A stretch of 64,000 nt of DNA. Origin: Clostridia bacterium (GTDB lineage: Bacteria; Bacillota; Clostridia; Lachnospirales; Lachnospiraceae). The translations under genes and the position numbers were made by a program. Location: NCBI GenBank assembly GCA_003246295.1, contig QKAS01000053.1, positions 46,948-110,947 of the forward strand. The letters are read 5' to 3'. The notes under the pieces were generated by a model. It was not told where the DNA came from, searched no databases, and saw only the letters and a list, made by a program, of their open reading frames with translations. Positions 50,075-60,728 of the stretch are shown piece by piece (position 1 is the first letter of the stretch; every line of letters begins with the position of its first letter).

Positions 50075-51655
50075 GTGGATAATAAGATATTAGATGGAAT
50101 CAATCTATTATATCAGCGAGGAATAACATCAAGAGAAGAATTACTTGTAGAATTCTTGCGAGTAAAGATGACTCAAAAGTTTGTAAAAAAGAATACGAGT
50201 GTTGATGTTCTTTTTTCTAAGATGAAAGAAGTGACAGAGCCAGAGCTAGGAATATACAATGCTGACCGCATGGACTTTCAGAATATGTTTGCTGCATTTG
50301 CAGATGCAAGTGCTATAGAATTTGTTACTCATATTTATAAAGAGGATAGAGGCGGAAGTGTCGTTAGTCCTAAATGCTTGACAGACTATATCGGAGCAAG
50401 AATTCAGCAGATAAGTCCGAAGAATGTTTTAATAACAGAAGCGGAAAAGCATTTACATGGTTTGAAAGAATTAGTGGATGTATGTGCGGGTAATGTTACG
50501 CTTACAAGTCAAAATAAAATGTTTTATCTATTGCTACAGATGATATTTGAAGGTCAGGCTAATGTTACAGTTAGACATATTTCGATTTATACAGATTTAC
50601 TTGTGGAAGATAGGTATGATTATATATTTTGTTTGCCGATTTTTGGATGTAAAATTAATGATGTGGCAGATATCTTCTTTACAAGAGATTCTGATGGAAT
50701 TGCATTACAGAATTTGCTTCAGTATTTAAGTGAAGATGGAAGTATAGATTATATTTCTCCAGCGAAATTATTATTCTCAGGAATGGGATTTGATAAACTT
50801 AGAAAGTTAGTCGAAGAAAGTTATTGGTTGGAAGAGCTGGTCATTTTACCAGATGGACTATTTAGACCATGGACGGCAATAAAGACCTATCTTATTTCAA
50901 TAAGTAAAACAAAGAGGGATAATATTTTAATTGGTTCATTAGAAATCAAAAAAGATTGTTTTCAATTTGAAGAGAAAAGAGATATATCCAGTATAGAGTT
51001 CAATAATCATGAAGATTGGAGAATTGAACTGCTTTTATCAGATGAGAATGAGTGCTTACAACAGTTTAAAACATCAGAGATTCCGAAGAAAAAACTAAAA
51101 GATTTGGCAGAGATTTTTCGAGGAAAGTCTATTCTAAAGAAGGATGCCATGGTTGGGGATATAGCTGTTTTGAATATTAGTAATATTGAAGATGGAGAAA
51201 TCAACTATGATGATCTTGAGACAATCCGAGAAGAAGAGCGTAAGATTAAGCGATATGAACTTTTTCAAGGAGATGTTGTTTTATCCTGTAGAGGAACAGC
51301 AATGAAGACGGCTGTTTTTGAGAAGCAGGAACAAATTGTGATTGCTTCTTCAAATATTATTGTCATCAGACCAGGTAAAGAAATATTGGGAGAATACATT
51401 AAGATATTCTTTGATACTCCAGTTGGAAATATGATGATAAAGAGCTTTCAAAGAGGAAGCACTGTGATGAATATCAATCATACGGATATTATGGAAATGG
51501 AAGTACCATTGCTTCCTTTAGAAAAGCAAGAAGAGATGGTAAGTACTTATAATGAGGAACTGAAAAAATATAAACAGACCGTTTTAGAAGCAGAAAAAAA
51601 GCTAGAGCAAACAAAAAATCAAATATATAAAGTGATACAGGGAGGAAATATATAA
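50075..51655 (+). CDS. HsdM-like domain with degenerate SAM-binding and catalytic motifs, fused to a single HsdS-type target recognition domain
   Basis: Collinear with the neighbouring HsdM, but DPCCGSGGMF -> ITEAEKHLHG and ANPPFN -> CLPIFG. C-terminal TRD plus conserved helix (LPLLPLEKQEE...). GTG 50075 behind GGAGGT preferred over ATG 50057. Confidence 0.7.
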   Translation: MDNKILDGINLLYQRGITSREELLVEFLRVKMTQKFVKKNTSVDVLFSKMKEVTEPELGIYNADRMDFQNMFAAFADASAIEFVTHIYKEDRGGSVVSPKCLTDYIGARIQQISPKNVLITEAEKHLHGLKELVDVCAGNVTLTSQNKMFYLLLQMIFEGQANVTVRHISIYTDLLVEDRYDYIFCLPIFGCKINDVADIFFTRDSDGIALQNLLQYLSEDGSIDYISPAKLLFSGMGFDKLRKLVEESYWLEELVILPDGLFRPWTAIKTYLISISKTKRDNILIGSLEIKKDCFQFEEKRDISSIEFNNHEDWRIELLLSDENECLQQFKTSEIPKKKLKDLAEIFRGKSILKKDAMVGDIAVLNISNIEDGEINYDDLETIREEERKIKRYELFQGDVVLSCRGTAMKTAVFEKQEQIVIASSNIIVIRPGKEILGEYIKIFFDTPVGNMMIKSFQRGSTVMNINHTDIMEMEVPLLPLEKQEEMVSTYNEELKKYKQTVLEAEKKLEQTKNQIYKVIQGGNI

Positions 51656-53157
51656 TGGCAGATGTTACATTAGGATTTGAAAATCAGTTGTGGGATATGG
51701 CAGATAAAATGAGAGGAAGAATGGGTGTTAAAGATACAGAATACGGAAATGTTGTGTTAGGTCTCATTTTCTTGAAATATATCTCTGACAGTTTCGAAGA
51801 AAGATATAATGAGCTTCTAGAAGAAGGAGATGGATTTGAAGAAGACAGAGATGCCTATGCAGAAACGAATGTGTTTTTTGTTCCGCCTTCAGCAAGATGG
51901 GATTTTATTAAAAAGAGTGCAAAATTACCGACTATTGGACAGATCATTGACGATGCAATGATTGCGATAGAGCGAGAAAATAAAACATTAAAGGGAGTTT
52001 TACCTAAAACTTATGCAAGGCAAGAACTTAATAAGCAAGTGTTGGGAGAACTGGTTGATTTGTTTTCTTTTAATCTTGGAAGCAAGGAAGCAAAAGCGCA
52101 GGATATCCTAGGTAGAGTCTATGAATACTTTCTAGGAAACTTTGGTTCTACGGAAGGGGAATATTATACTCCACCATCAATTGTTCAGTTGTTAGTAGAA
52201 ATGATTGAGCCATATGAAGGGCGTGTCTACGATCCCTGCTGTGGAAGCGGTGGTATGTTTGTACAATCTGCAAAATTTGTAAAGGCTCATGAAGGAAAGG
52301 TAGATAATATCCATATTCACGGGCAAGAATCTATATCTGAAACCTGGAGACTTTGTAAAATGAATCTAGCCATTCGTGGTATTGATGGAAATCTTGGGCA
52401 GGAAAATGCAGACACCTTTGGGAATGATCAACATAAAGGACTAAAAGCTGATTATATTTTGGCAAATCCACCATTTAATATCAAGGACTGGGGAGCATCA
52501 AAGCTTACAGATGATGTGCGTTGGAAATATGGAATGCCACCAGAGGGAAATGCAAACTACGCATGGATAGAGCATATTATTAGTAAATTGTCACCACGTG
52601 GAACGGCAGGATTTGTACTTGCAAATGGATCTATGAGTACTGCGCAGAAGCAAGAAGTAGAAATTCGTAAAAATATTATCGAAGAAGGTAAATTGGTGGA
52701 TTGTATTGTTGCACTACCTTCAAATCTATTTTATAACGTGACTATACCAGTTTGTCTGTGGTTCCTATCAAGAAAAAGAGATAATCGTAAAGATAAAATA
52801 CTGTTTATTGATGCAAGAAAAATGGGTGTTATGGAAACCAGAAAACATAGAATTCTCGAAAATGAGGAGATCCAAAAGATTTGTTCGACATATCATTATT
52901 GGAGAGATGGAAAAGAAGAATATAAGGATGAACAAGGATTTTGTAAATCCGCTAGCTTGGAAGATGTTAGAAATACAGGAGATTATATTCTTACTCCAGG
53001 TAGGTATGTTGGCATTGAAGAGCAAGAAGAAGATGGGGAAGTTTTTGAAGTAAAAATGGGAAATTTAAAAACTGAACTATTTAGCTTGTTTCAGAAAAGT
53101 CATGAATTGGAAAAGGAAATAAAATTAAGATTAGAGGCACTAAAGAATGAAGGGTAA
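51655..53157 (+). CDS. hsdM: type I restriction-modification system methyltransferase subunit
   Basis: HsdM_N region, motif I DPCCGSGGMF, motif IV NPPFN; TAATG junction with the upstream gene. Confidence 0.95.
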   Translation: MADVTLGFENQLWDMADKMRGRMGVKDTEYGNVVLGLIFLKYISDSFEERYNELLEEGDGFEEDRDAYAETNVFFVPPSARWDFIKKSAKLPTIGQIIDDAMIAIERENKTLKGVLPKTYARQELNKQVLGELVDLFSFNLGSKEAKAQDILGRVYEYFLGNFGSTEGEYYTPPSIVQLLVEMIEPYEGRVYDPCCGSGGMFVQSAKFVKAHEGKVDNIHIHGQESISETWRLCKMNLAIRGIDGNLGQENADTFGNDQHKGLKADYILANPPFNIKDWGASKLTDDVRWKYGMPPEGNANYAWIEHIISKLSPRGTAGFVLANGSMSTAQKQEVEIRKNIIEEGKLVDCIVALPSNLFYNVTIPVCLWFLSRKRDNRKDKILFIDARKMGVMETRKHRILENEEIQKICSTYHYWRDGKEEYKDEQGFCKSASLEDVRNTGDYILTPGRYVGIEEQEEDGEVFEVKMGNLKTELFSLFQKSHELEKEIKLRLEALKNEG

Positions 53158-54079
53158 CATTAATATTGTATTTGATACAAATTCAATTAAAAAAATTAAT
53201 GATATAGATTATAATTTGTTTGAATTTAATAAAACATTTTTAATAACTGATGCATTTATTACTGGAAATAATATAGAAAATATTCATCTATATATTCCGC
53301 AGATATGTATTGAAGAGCTTTTAATTCAGTATGCAGAAGAATACAAATCTTGCAAAGATATTGTGGATAAGCAATTTGATGAATTAATAGTTGAAACAAG
53401 TAAATTAGGTTGGGATTTGACAATTAGCAAAAATGATGATTTGAATTTTAATGATTATCACAAAAAAATGAAATTATTTTCCGATGAATATATTGAGAAG
53501 TATCAAAATTTAAAAATAATAAATAATTGCAGTGAAAAAAAATTCTCAGAAGTAATCAATAGAGCAATGTTTCGAAAAAAGCCCTTTTTTTCTGGGAGAT
53601 ATAGACAGAAGGATTTTAGCGATGCAGGCTTTAAAGATGTTATTTTTTTAGAAAGTATTAAAGAATATTTTCAAAATCACAATGAAGAAATTATTATTAT
53701 TACTGGTGATGAGATGCTTCTAAGCATAAATACTTTTAAAGAATTCAACTCTGAAAAAGTTCAAATATTGAAATTTGAAAAGGGGGATGAGTTAAAAGAG
53801 TATTTGTGTCAAAAATTAGACATAGTAGATTTATCGGAACAGTATTTGTTTTGTAAGGATCAATATTTCATAGAAAATATTGAAAAAGTATTAAATTGTA
53901 AGATAATAAATTCTGCTATTAATATTGATAAAAAAGAGGAAGATTATATTTTTTATGAAGTTGAGTGCTTGATAGAGAGAAATGAATCGAGAGAAAATAT
54001 ATATGTGCGATTAGATGAGGTTTTTAATTTTGATGAAATATTATCTAAGGATACCGGTGAATCAATACATATTTGGTAG
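53147..54079 (+). CDS. PIN-like domain protein (DUF4935-like) embedded in the type I R-M operon
   Basis: 310 aa; acidic PIN-type positions IVFDTNS, CIEEL, FSDAGFKD, ITGDE; very AT-rich; 11-nt overlap with hsdM. Confidence 0.6.
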   Translation: MKGNINIVFDTNSIKKINDIDYNLFEFNKTFLITDAFITGNNIENIHLYIPQICIEELLIQYAEEYKSCKDIVDKQFDELIVETSKLGWDLTISKNDDLNFNDYHKKMKLFSDEYIEKYQNLKIINNCSEKKFSEVINRAMFRKKPFFSGRYRQKDFSDAGFKDVIFLESIKEYFQNHNEEIIIITGDEMLLSINTFKEFNSEKVQILKFEKGDELKEYLCQKLDIVDLSEQYLFCKDQYFIENIEKVLNCKIINSAINIDKKEEDYIFYEVECLIERNESRENIYVRLDEVFNFDEILSKDTGESIHIW

Positions 54080-54094
54080 AGAGGTGGAGAAAGA

Positions 54095-55264
54095 ATGCAA
54101 AATAGTGAAAAAGTAAAGCTTATGGATATCTGCACTATAAAATATGGAAAAGATCATAAGAAATTGGGCGAAGGAAATATTCCCGCATATGGGACTGGTG
54201 GAATATTTAGATATGTAGATCAATCAATTCATGATAAAAAATCAGTTTTAATTCCCAGAAAAGGAACTTTAACAAATTTATTTCTAGTTAATCCACCATT
54301 TTGGACTGTTGATACATTATTTTGGACAGATATTGATTTGAACTTAGTGGATCCAGACTATCTTTATTATAATCTAAAGATGAAAAATTTGGGAGATTTA
54401 AATGTTGGGACTGCAGTACCAAGCTTAACAACATCAATTCTAAATGAAGTAGAAATAGATTTACCTTCTTTATTAAATCAGAAGGAAATTGCGAAAACAT
54501 TAATATGTTTGGATAATAAGATTGAGGTAAATAAAAAAATTAACTATAATTTACTGCAACAAGCACAGTGCTTATTTAATTCATGGTTTGTTGAATTCGA
54601 ACCATTTGGCGGAATTGCTCCAGATAATTGGATACCAATGTTGTTGAAGGATGTTGTTGATTTTTCGAATGGATATGCATTTAGAAGTAAAGAACTTTTG
54701 ACTGCTCCTGAAGGAGAGTGTTACCATGTTTTTAAGCAGGGGCATATTAATCGTGGCGGAGGTTTTATTCCAACAGGAACAAAAAGCTGGTATCCAAGAT
54801 CAAGCACATTGAGTTTGCAAAAATATGTTTTACAAAAGGGCGATATATTAATGGCTATGACTGATATGAAAGACAATGTTGCGATACTTGGCAATACAGC
54901 TATCATGGGAGTAAATGACCAATATATAGTAAATCAACGCGTAGGTATTTTACGATGTAATGGAAAATTTGGTATTTCATATCCGTATATTTCTTTACTC
55001 ACAAATAGTAATGATTTCTTACAAGATTTACGTAGCAGAGCCAATAGTGGTGTGCAGGTCAATTTATCATCAAATGAAATTAAGGGCTCAAAAGTACTAG
55101 TTGCTCCTTCAAATATTAATATAAAATTCAATAATATTGTAGGTCCTCTTTTTGAAATGATGATTCAAAATGACCTTGAAAATTTACGATTGTCTGAGAT
55201 TAGGGACGTATTACTACCAAAGCTGATGACAGGAGAACTCAATATTTCAGAAATCAAGGTTTAG
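54095..55264 (+). CDS. hsdS: type I restriction-modification system specificity subunit (two TRDs)
   Basis: 389 aa; two TRDs separated by a central conserved helix (LPSLLNQKEIAKTL...) and a C-terminal LLPKLMTGEL helix. Confidence 0.9.
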   Translation: MQNSEKVKLMDICTIKYGKDHKKLGEGNIPAYGTGGIFRYVDQSIHDKKSVLIPRKGTLTNLFLVNPPFWTVDTLFWTDIDLNLVDPDYLYYNLKMKNLGDLNVGTAVPSLTTSILNEVEIDLPSLLNQKEIAKTLICLDNKIEVNKKINYNLLQQAQCLFNSWFVEFEPFGGIAPDNWIPMLLKDVVDFSNGYAFRSKELLTAPEGECYHVFKQGHINRGGGFIPTGTKSWYPRSSTLSLQKYVLQKGDILMAMTDMKDNVAILGNTAIMGVNDQYIVNQRVGILRCNGKFGISYPYISLLTNSNDFLQDLRSRANSGVQVNLSSNEIKGSKVLVAPSNINIKFNNIVGPLFEMMIQNDLENLRLSEIRDVLLPKLMTGELNISEIKV

Positions 55265-55314
55265 GGAACTAAATAATCGTTTAACTAAATATACATTTTG
55301 AAAGAAGGTTACGT

Positions 55315-56127
55315 ATGAAAATTCCAATATCGGATGCAATTATCATTGCTATATCTAACTTAATAGATGATGCACAAATTGAAACTAGGAAGCCAAGTCA
55401 TTATGATTTAGAAGAAGAGATAGTAAAATCTCGACTTCAAGGTGTTGATCCAAACAAGCAGGGAAAAAGTTTTGGTAAAGCAAAACGAATAAAAAGTATA
55501 CTATCTTGGGCAATAGAAAATGATAATGAGGCAGGTAGTAAGTTAGTTGAAAATATTATTAATTTGATACGTGGCAACGGCGGGTTCAGAGAAGATTCAC
55601 CTAACTATGTTGGTGAACATGCAATTGCTAATGCAATTGATGCATTTCAAGTCGAAGGAATTGCCATGGGAAGTGATGGTGTTTTGCTTCCACTTGTTAT
55701 TGATAATTTATCAGCGCTTGAGCAGAAGACAGCATTGATGGCATATGTGAATAGAGCAAGAAGAGGAGCTGAAGATGCTGCGCTTTTGGCAGGGACAAGT
55801 AAGGATTTATTAGAAGCAGTGGCAGCATATGTTTTGACGGAGAAATTTGGAGAATATTCAATAAGAGATAATTTTCCGACGTTATTGGGACAAGCATTTA
55901 TTTCCTTGGGGTTAGCAACACCACAGAATAAAAAAGTTGCTGGAGAACCAGTTCAAAAAGATTTGGAGCGGTCTATGTATGAAAGTGCATGTTCGATAAA
56001 TAAATTAAGAAACAAACAAGGAACGGGGCATGGGCATCCTTTTGTAACTACTTTGTCGAAGGAAGAAGGTAAGGTTGTAATCTCTATTATGGGAGCAATT
56101 GCAGAATATATGTTAGCGAAATTGTAA
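55315..56127 (+). CDS. Abi_C (abortive infection C-terminal) domain protein embedded between hsdS and hsdR
   Basis: C-terminal region with SKDLLEAV...NKLRNKQGTGHG motif characteristic of Abi_C as I recall it; N-terminal domain unrecognised. Confidence 0.6.
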   Translation: MKIPISDAIIIAISNLIDDAQIETRKPSHYDLEEEIVKSRLQGVDPNKQGKSFGKAKRIKSILSWAIENDNEAGSKLVENIINLIRGNGGFREDSPNYVGEHAIANAIDAFQVEGIAMGSDGVLLPLVIDNLSALEQKTALMAYVNRARRGAEDAALLAGTSKDLLEAVAAYVLTEKFGEYSIRDNFPTLLGQAFISLGLATPQNKKVAGEPVQKDLERSMYESACSINKLRNKQGTGHGHPFVTTLSKEEGKVVISIMGAIAEYMLAKL

Positions 56128-56140
56128 AGGAGGGGTTTGA

Positions 56141-59100
56141 GTGAAAAATAATTTCTGTGAATCACATCTAGAAGAAGCAACACTGGAATGGTTCCAAGAG
56201 CTTGGTTACGATACCGTTTTTGGACCAGAGATTTCACCGGAAGGAGATTATCCAGAACGTGAAGATTACAGTGAAGTTATTCTAGCAGAACGTGTAAGAC
56301 AAGCAATATCAGATTTTAATCCAGAGTTACCGGAAGAAGCGATTGAGGAAGCATATCGAAAGATAGCAGTGCCACAGAGTCCTTCTATGGTCATGAATAA
56401 TAAAACATTTCAAAAAATGATTACTGATGGAATAGAAGTATCTTATCGTCAAAACGACGGGACGATTCGTCATGTTTTAGCCAGAGTATTTGACTTTATA
56501 CACTGGGATAGAAATGATTTTCTAGCAGTGAATCAGTTTACTATTATTGAAAGTCGAATTGAGAAGAGACCTGATGTTGTTGTATTTGTAAATGGTATTC
56601 CGCTTGTAGTCATTGAGTTAAAGAGTGCGATTAATGAGGATGTGGATATTTCAGATGCCTATAATCAATTACAGACATACAAGATGTCAATTCCATCCAT
56701 GTTTACATACAATTCCTTTATGGTTATATCTGATGGAATTAACGCAAGAGCGGGTACGATTACTTCTGATGAAGAACGCTTTATGGCATGGAGAACAATT
56801 GATGGTGATGGTGTTGCTCCTTTGTCTATACCCCAGTTGGAAGTTTTGATAAAAGGGATGTTCGAAAGAGAACGATTCCTTGATATTATCAAACAGTTTG
56901 TACTATTTCAGACAGATGGAAAAGATACCTACAAGATTCTTGCAGGATATCACCAGTATCATGCGGTAAATAAAGCAGTAGAAAGCACTGTAAGAGCTAC
57001 CTCTCAAAAAGGAGATAGACGAATCGGTGTTGTATGGCATACCCAGGGAAGTGGAAAAAGTCTGTCCATGGCATTTTATGCTGGAAAACTTGTTATTAGT
57101 GAAGAACTGGAAAATCCAACGATTGTAGTGATTACCGATAGAAATGATTTAGATGACCAACTATTCTCGACCTTTGCGAAATGCAAAGATCTTCTTCGTG
57201 GAGAGCCAATACATGCAACAGACAGAGTGCATTTAAGGGAATTACTGAATAACCGTACTAGTGGTGGAATTATTTTTACCACAATTCAAAAATTTGCTCC
57301 TGAGAAAAAAACAAATAAGGGAGAAAATATTTTAACAGATGCTGGAGCTTATGTTTCAGAACCTTATGAATATAGTATAGCTGCTGAATCATCAGGAGAA
57401 TACAATACAGAGCCAGTTGTCCTGACCGAACGTCATAATGTCATCGTTATGGCAGACGAAGCTCACAGAAGCCAATATGGTTTTGGTGCTGACGTAATAG
57501 AAGATGAAGATGGAGCTGATGTAAAATATGGATACGCAAAACATATGCGTGCTGCATTGCCTAATGCTTCTTATATTGGATTTACCGGAACACCAATTTC
57601 ATTAACAGATAAAAATACAACAGCTGTTTTTGGTGATTATATTGACGTTTATGATATGACTCGTGCAGTAGAAGATGGAACAACAGTTAAGATTTTCTAT
57701 GAAAGCAGAATCGCTAAGCTTGAATTACCAGAGAATCTAAAACCTACAATTGATAGTGAATACGAAGATATCACAGAATATCAAGAAGAAACCCAGAGAG
57801 AGAAACTAAAGAGTAAATGGTCTCGTTTAGAAGCCATTGTAGGATCGCAAGAACGAGTTGGGCTGATTGCGAAAGATATTGTAGAACATTTTGAAAAGAG
57901 ACAAGCTGCACAGGAAGTTGCTGGTGGCAAAGCTATGGTTGTGTCTATGAGCCGTAGAATCGCCATTGACTTATATAATGAAATTATAGCGCTGCGTCCT
58001 GACTGGCACAGTGATGATTTGATGAGTGGTAAGATTAAAGTAGTTATGACGGGGTCATCCTCTGATCCAGTTGAATGGCAGAAGTTTATTGGAACAAAGT
58101 CTACAAGAGAAACACTTGCAAAACGTATGAAAGATGTAAAGGATGAATTACAGCTTGTTATTGTAAGAGACATGTGGCTTACTGGATTTGACGTTCCTAG
58201 CATGCATACTATGTATATTGATAAACCAATGCAGGGTCATAACTTAATGCAGGCAATTGCCCGTGTAAACCGTGTCTTTAAGGAAAAACAGGGTGGACTT
58301 GTTGTTGATTATATTGGGATAGCAGAAAACTTAAAAGATGCTTTGGCTCAATATACAGAAAGTGATAGAAAAACAACCGGTGTTGATACAGAAATGGCAG
58401 CATCTATCATGCTAGAGAAACTGGAATTGATAAAAGAATTATTGCATGAACATGACTACTCAAAATTCTTTACCGGAACGCCTAAAGATAAAATGCAGGC
58501 AATCATTGAAACCATGGATTTCGTTATTGGTCTACGTGAGGATGGCAAAAAAGAATATATGAAATATGTAACGGAATTATCCAGAGCATTTTCTTTATGT
58601 GCAACAACAGATGCTGCACAAACTATTAATGATGAAATAAGTTTCCACAAGGCTGTGAAGGTTTCTTTAATTAAGATGATTGAAGATACCAAGAAAAAGA
58701 AAACAGTTTCTCAGCTGGATAGTGAATTGAATCAGTTGGTATCAAAATCAATTTCATCAAATGAAGTAATCGATATATTTAGCGAAGTTGGTCTGAATAA
58801 GCCTAACATAGCGTTATTATCTGAGGAATTCTTGGAAGAAGTAAGGGGAATGAAGCAGAAAAATCTTGCGGTAGAGTTGTTAGAGCGTTTGCTAAAAGGA
58901 ACCATAAAGACATTTTCAAGGAGAAACCTTGTACAATCAAAGAAATTCTCAGAACTCCTTGAACAGTCTATTCATAAATATCAAAACCGTGCTATTGAAA
59001 CAACGCAGATAATAATGGAATTGATAGAACTTGCGAAGCAGATAACAGAAGCTGAAAAACGTGGAAAAGCATCAGGACTAACTGATGATGAATTAGCTTT

Positions 59101-59362
59101 CTATGATGCACTTGCAGACAATGAGTCGGCAAAAGAGATCATGGGCGATGACATTTTGAAACAGATTGCAAGAGATCTGACTTCTGCTATTAAAGGAAGC
59201 GTAACCGTTGACTGGTCAATCCGTGACAGCGTTCAGGCTAAGATGAAGATGGTAGTAAAACGATTGCTTAAGAAATATGGTTATCCACCTGATAAGCAGG
59301 AAAAAGCTGTTGAAATCGTAATGGAACAGACAAAACTTATGTGTGAGAATGAGGTGAATTAG
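56141..59362 (+). CDS. hsdR: type I restriction endonuclease subunit R
   Basis: 1073 aa; nuclease D...ELK motif ([18 protein letters not shown]), Walker A TQGSGKS, DEAH box MADEAHRSQ, helicase C motifs; GTG start behind AAGGAGG. Confidence 0.95.
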   Translation: MKNNFCESHLEEATLEWFQELGYDTVFGPEISPEGDYPEREDYSEVILAERVRQAISDFNPELPEEAIEEAYRKIAVPQSPSMVMNNKTFQKMITDGIEVSYRQNDGTIRHVLARVFDFIHWDRNDFLAVNQFTIIESRIEKRPDVVVFVNGIPLVVIELKSAINEDVDISDAYNQLQTYKMSIPSMFTYNSFMVISDGINARAGTITSDEERFMAWRTIDGDGVAPLSIPQLEVLIKGMFERERFLDIIKQFVLFQTDGKDTYKILAGYHQYHAVNKAVESTVRATSQKGDRRIGVVWHTQGSGKSLSMAFYAGKLVISEELENPTIVVITDRNDLDDQLFSTFAKCKDLLRGEPIHATDRVHLRELLNNRTSGGIIFTTIQKFAPEKKTNKGENILTDAGAYVSEPYEYSIAAESSGEYNTEPVVLTERHNVIVMADEAHRSQYGFGADVIEDEDGADVKYGYAKHMRAALPNASYIGFTGTPISLTDKNTTAVFGDYIDVYDMTRAVEDGTTVKIFYESRIAKLELPENLKPTIDSEYEDITEYQEETQREKLKSKWSRLEAIVGSQERVGLIAKDIVEHFEKRQAAQEVAGGKAMVVSMSRRIAIDLYNEIIALRPDWHSDDLMSGKIKVVMTGSSSDPVEWQKFIGTKSTRETLAKRMKDVKDELQLVIVRDMWLTGFDVPSMHTMYIDKPMQGHNLMQAIARVNRVFKEKQGGLVVDYIGIAENLKDALAQYTESDRKTTGVDTEMAASIMLEKLELIKELLHEHDYSKFFTGTPKDKMQAIIETMDFVIGLREDGKKEYMKYVTELSRAFSLCATTDAAQTINDEISFHKAVKVSLIKMIEDTKKKKTVSQLDSELNQLVSKSISSNEVIDIFSEVGLNKPNIALLSEEFLEEVRGMKQKNLAVELLERLLKGTIKTFSRRNLVQSKKFSELLEQSIHKYQNRAIETTQIIMELIELAKQITEAEKRGKASGLTDDELAFYDALADNESAKEIMGDDILKQIARDLTSAIKGSVTVDWSIRDSVQAKMKMVVKRLLKKYGYPPDKQEKAVEIVMEQTKLMCENEVN

Positions 59363-59367
59363 AATAT

Positions 59368-60720
59368 ATGAAACGTGTAGGAATGGGAAGTAGTAATCAA
59401 GAAATAGTTGAAGCACTGTCTCAAAATCTTGGTAACAGGAATGAAAATTTAGCAAGTTTTCTTACAATGCTTGATTATATTGACGGAAACTTTTCGATTG
59501 CTATTGATGGGAAATGGGGAAGTGGCAAGACTGTTTTTGTTAAACAAATTATTATGCTACTCAACTATTACAATAGTTTTTCAAATATCAAGCCATTAGG
59601 ATTACAAGCGGTCATTGAGAATAGAGGACTTAAATTGCATGACATTGTTTTACAAAATAATTTCGTGCCAGTTTACTTCAATGCATGGGATAATGATGAA
59701 CAAGATGATCCTACACTTTCTTTAATATTCTCAATAATTCAAGAGTATAACGGGTTCTCTAATGATACTAAGATTAAAAAAAGCATTGTAGAGAAAATAG
59801 CTGCTATTGTGGATGCAATTACACCGTGGAATAGTGGAAGCTTTTCTAAATTAGCTGAAACCTTTCAAGGAGATGATATCTTATTGCCGATTAAAAATCT
59901 TGAAAAAGCAAAAGAAATTGTCATGCTTTTGCTAGATGAGTTACTGGTTGAAAAGGGTGACAAATTGGTTATATTTATTGATGAACTTGATAGATGTAAT
60001 CCCATTTATGCAGTAAAGTTGTTAGAAAAGATTAAACATTTATTTGATGATGAGAGATTTATTTTTGTATTTTCAACTAACTTAGAACAATTGTCATTTG
60101 TAATTCAGAATTATTATGGCAGTAATTTTGCATCATATAGATATTTGGAAAAAATATTTGATGTAATGTTTATGATGAATGAAATCTCTATAGCAGATTA
60201 TATGAAATTGCAAGGAATTCCAAATGATTCTTATCATTTCCATTCAATATGCCATTATATGGCAAAACACTATTCATTTTCAATGAGAGAATGTAATAGA
60301 TATATACAGCAAATAAAGCTAGTATATGAGTATGCTATGAAACAAAGAAGTGGATTTTCGGATACTAATGGATATAATTTTACATTAATATTCTTTTTAC
60401 CAGTTCTGATAGCGGTGAAAATGCGAGATGTCATTGAATTTGTTAAAATTATTGATGGAAAAGGAAAAGATGTCTTTATACAGATATTGTGTAACGATGA
60501 TGAAGTAACTAAAAGAATAAAGAGATATTTACGTACAGGTGATCAAGTGAATATTTCGGATGATGAATATATTTTGCAAATGGGCGAGATATATGATGTT
60601 ATTTTTAATAATCTCGGATCTTCTGAATATCATGGTTCAAACATTGAATTGGATAGAAATGCAAAAAAATATCTAATGGATGTAGTTTCGCTGTTAAACA
60701 GAAAATTAAATTATGAATAG
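59368..60720 (+). CDS. KAP-family P-loop NTPase
   Basis: Walker A IDGKWGSGKT, Walker B VIFIDELDRC, insert typical of KAP; starts 5 nt after the hsdR stop. Confidence 0.75.
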   Translation: MKRVGMGSSNQEIVEALSQNLGNRNENLASFLTMLDYIDGNFSIAIDGKWGSGKTVFVKQIIMLLNYYNSFSNIKPLGLQAVIENRGLKLHDIVLQNNFVPVYFNAWDNDEQDDPTLSLIFSIIQEYNGFSNDTKIKKSIVEKIAAIVDAITPWNSGSFSKLAETFQGDDILLPIKNLEKAKEIVMLLLDELLVEKGDKLVIFIDELDRCNPIYAVKLLEKIKHLFDDERFIFVFSTNLEQLSFVIQNYYGSNFASYRYLEKIFDVMFMMNEISIADYMKLQGIPNDSYHFHSICHYMAKHYSFSMRECNRYIQQIKLVYEYAMKQRSGFSDTNGYNFTLIFFLPVLIAVKMRDVIEFVKIIDGKGKDVFIQILCNDDEVTKRIKRYLRTGDQVNISDDEYILQMGEIYDVIFNNLGSSEYHGSNIELDRNAKKYLMDVVSLLNRKLNYE

Positions 60721-60728
60721 GAGAAATG

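Noticed and set aside
53147-54079. PIN-like gene as the toxin of a classical VapBC toxin-antitoxin pair
   Set aside because: There is no small upstream or downstream antitoxin ORF. The protein is about twice the VapC size and is translationally coupled to hsdM instead.
50075-55264. Phase-variable hsdS shufflon (two S-type TRD-bearing genes in one locus)
   Set aside because: Both are in the same orientation, I see no shared inverted repeats between them, and no recombinase gene is nearby.
57781-58203. 140-aa minus-strand ORF inside hsdR
   Set aside because: It is antisense to a strongly supported 1073-aa helicase-nuclease gene, with no recognisable motifs or RBS.
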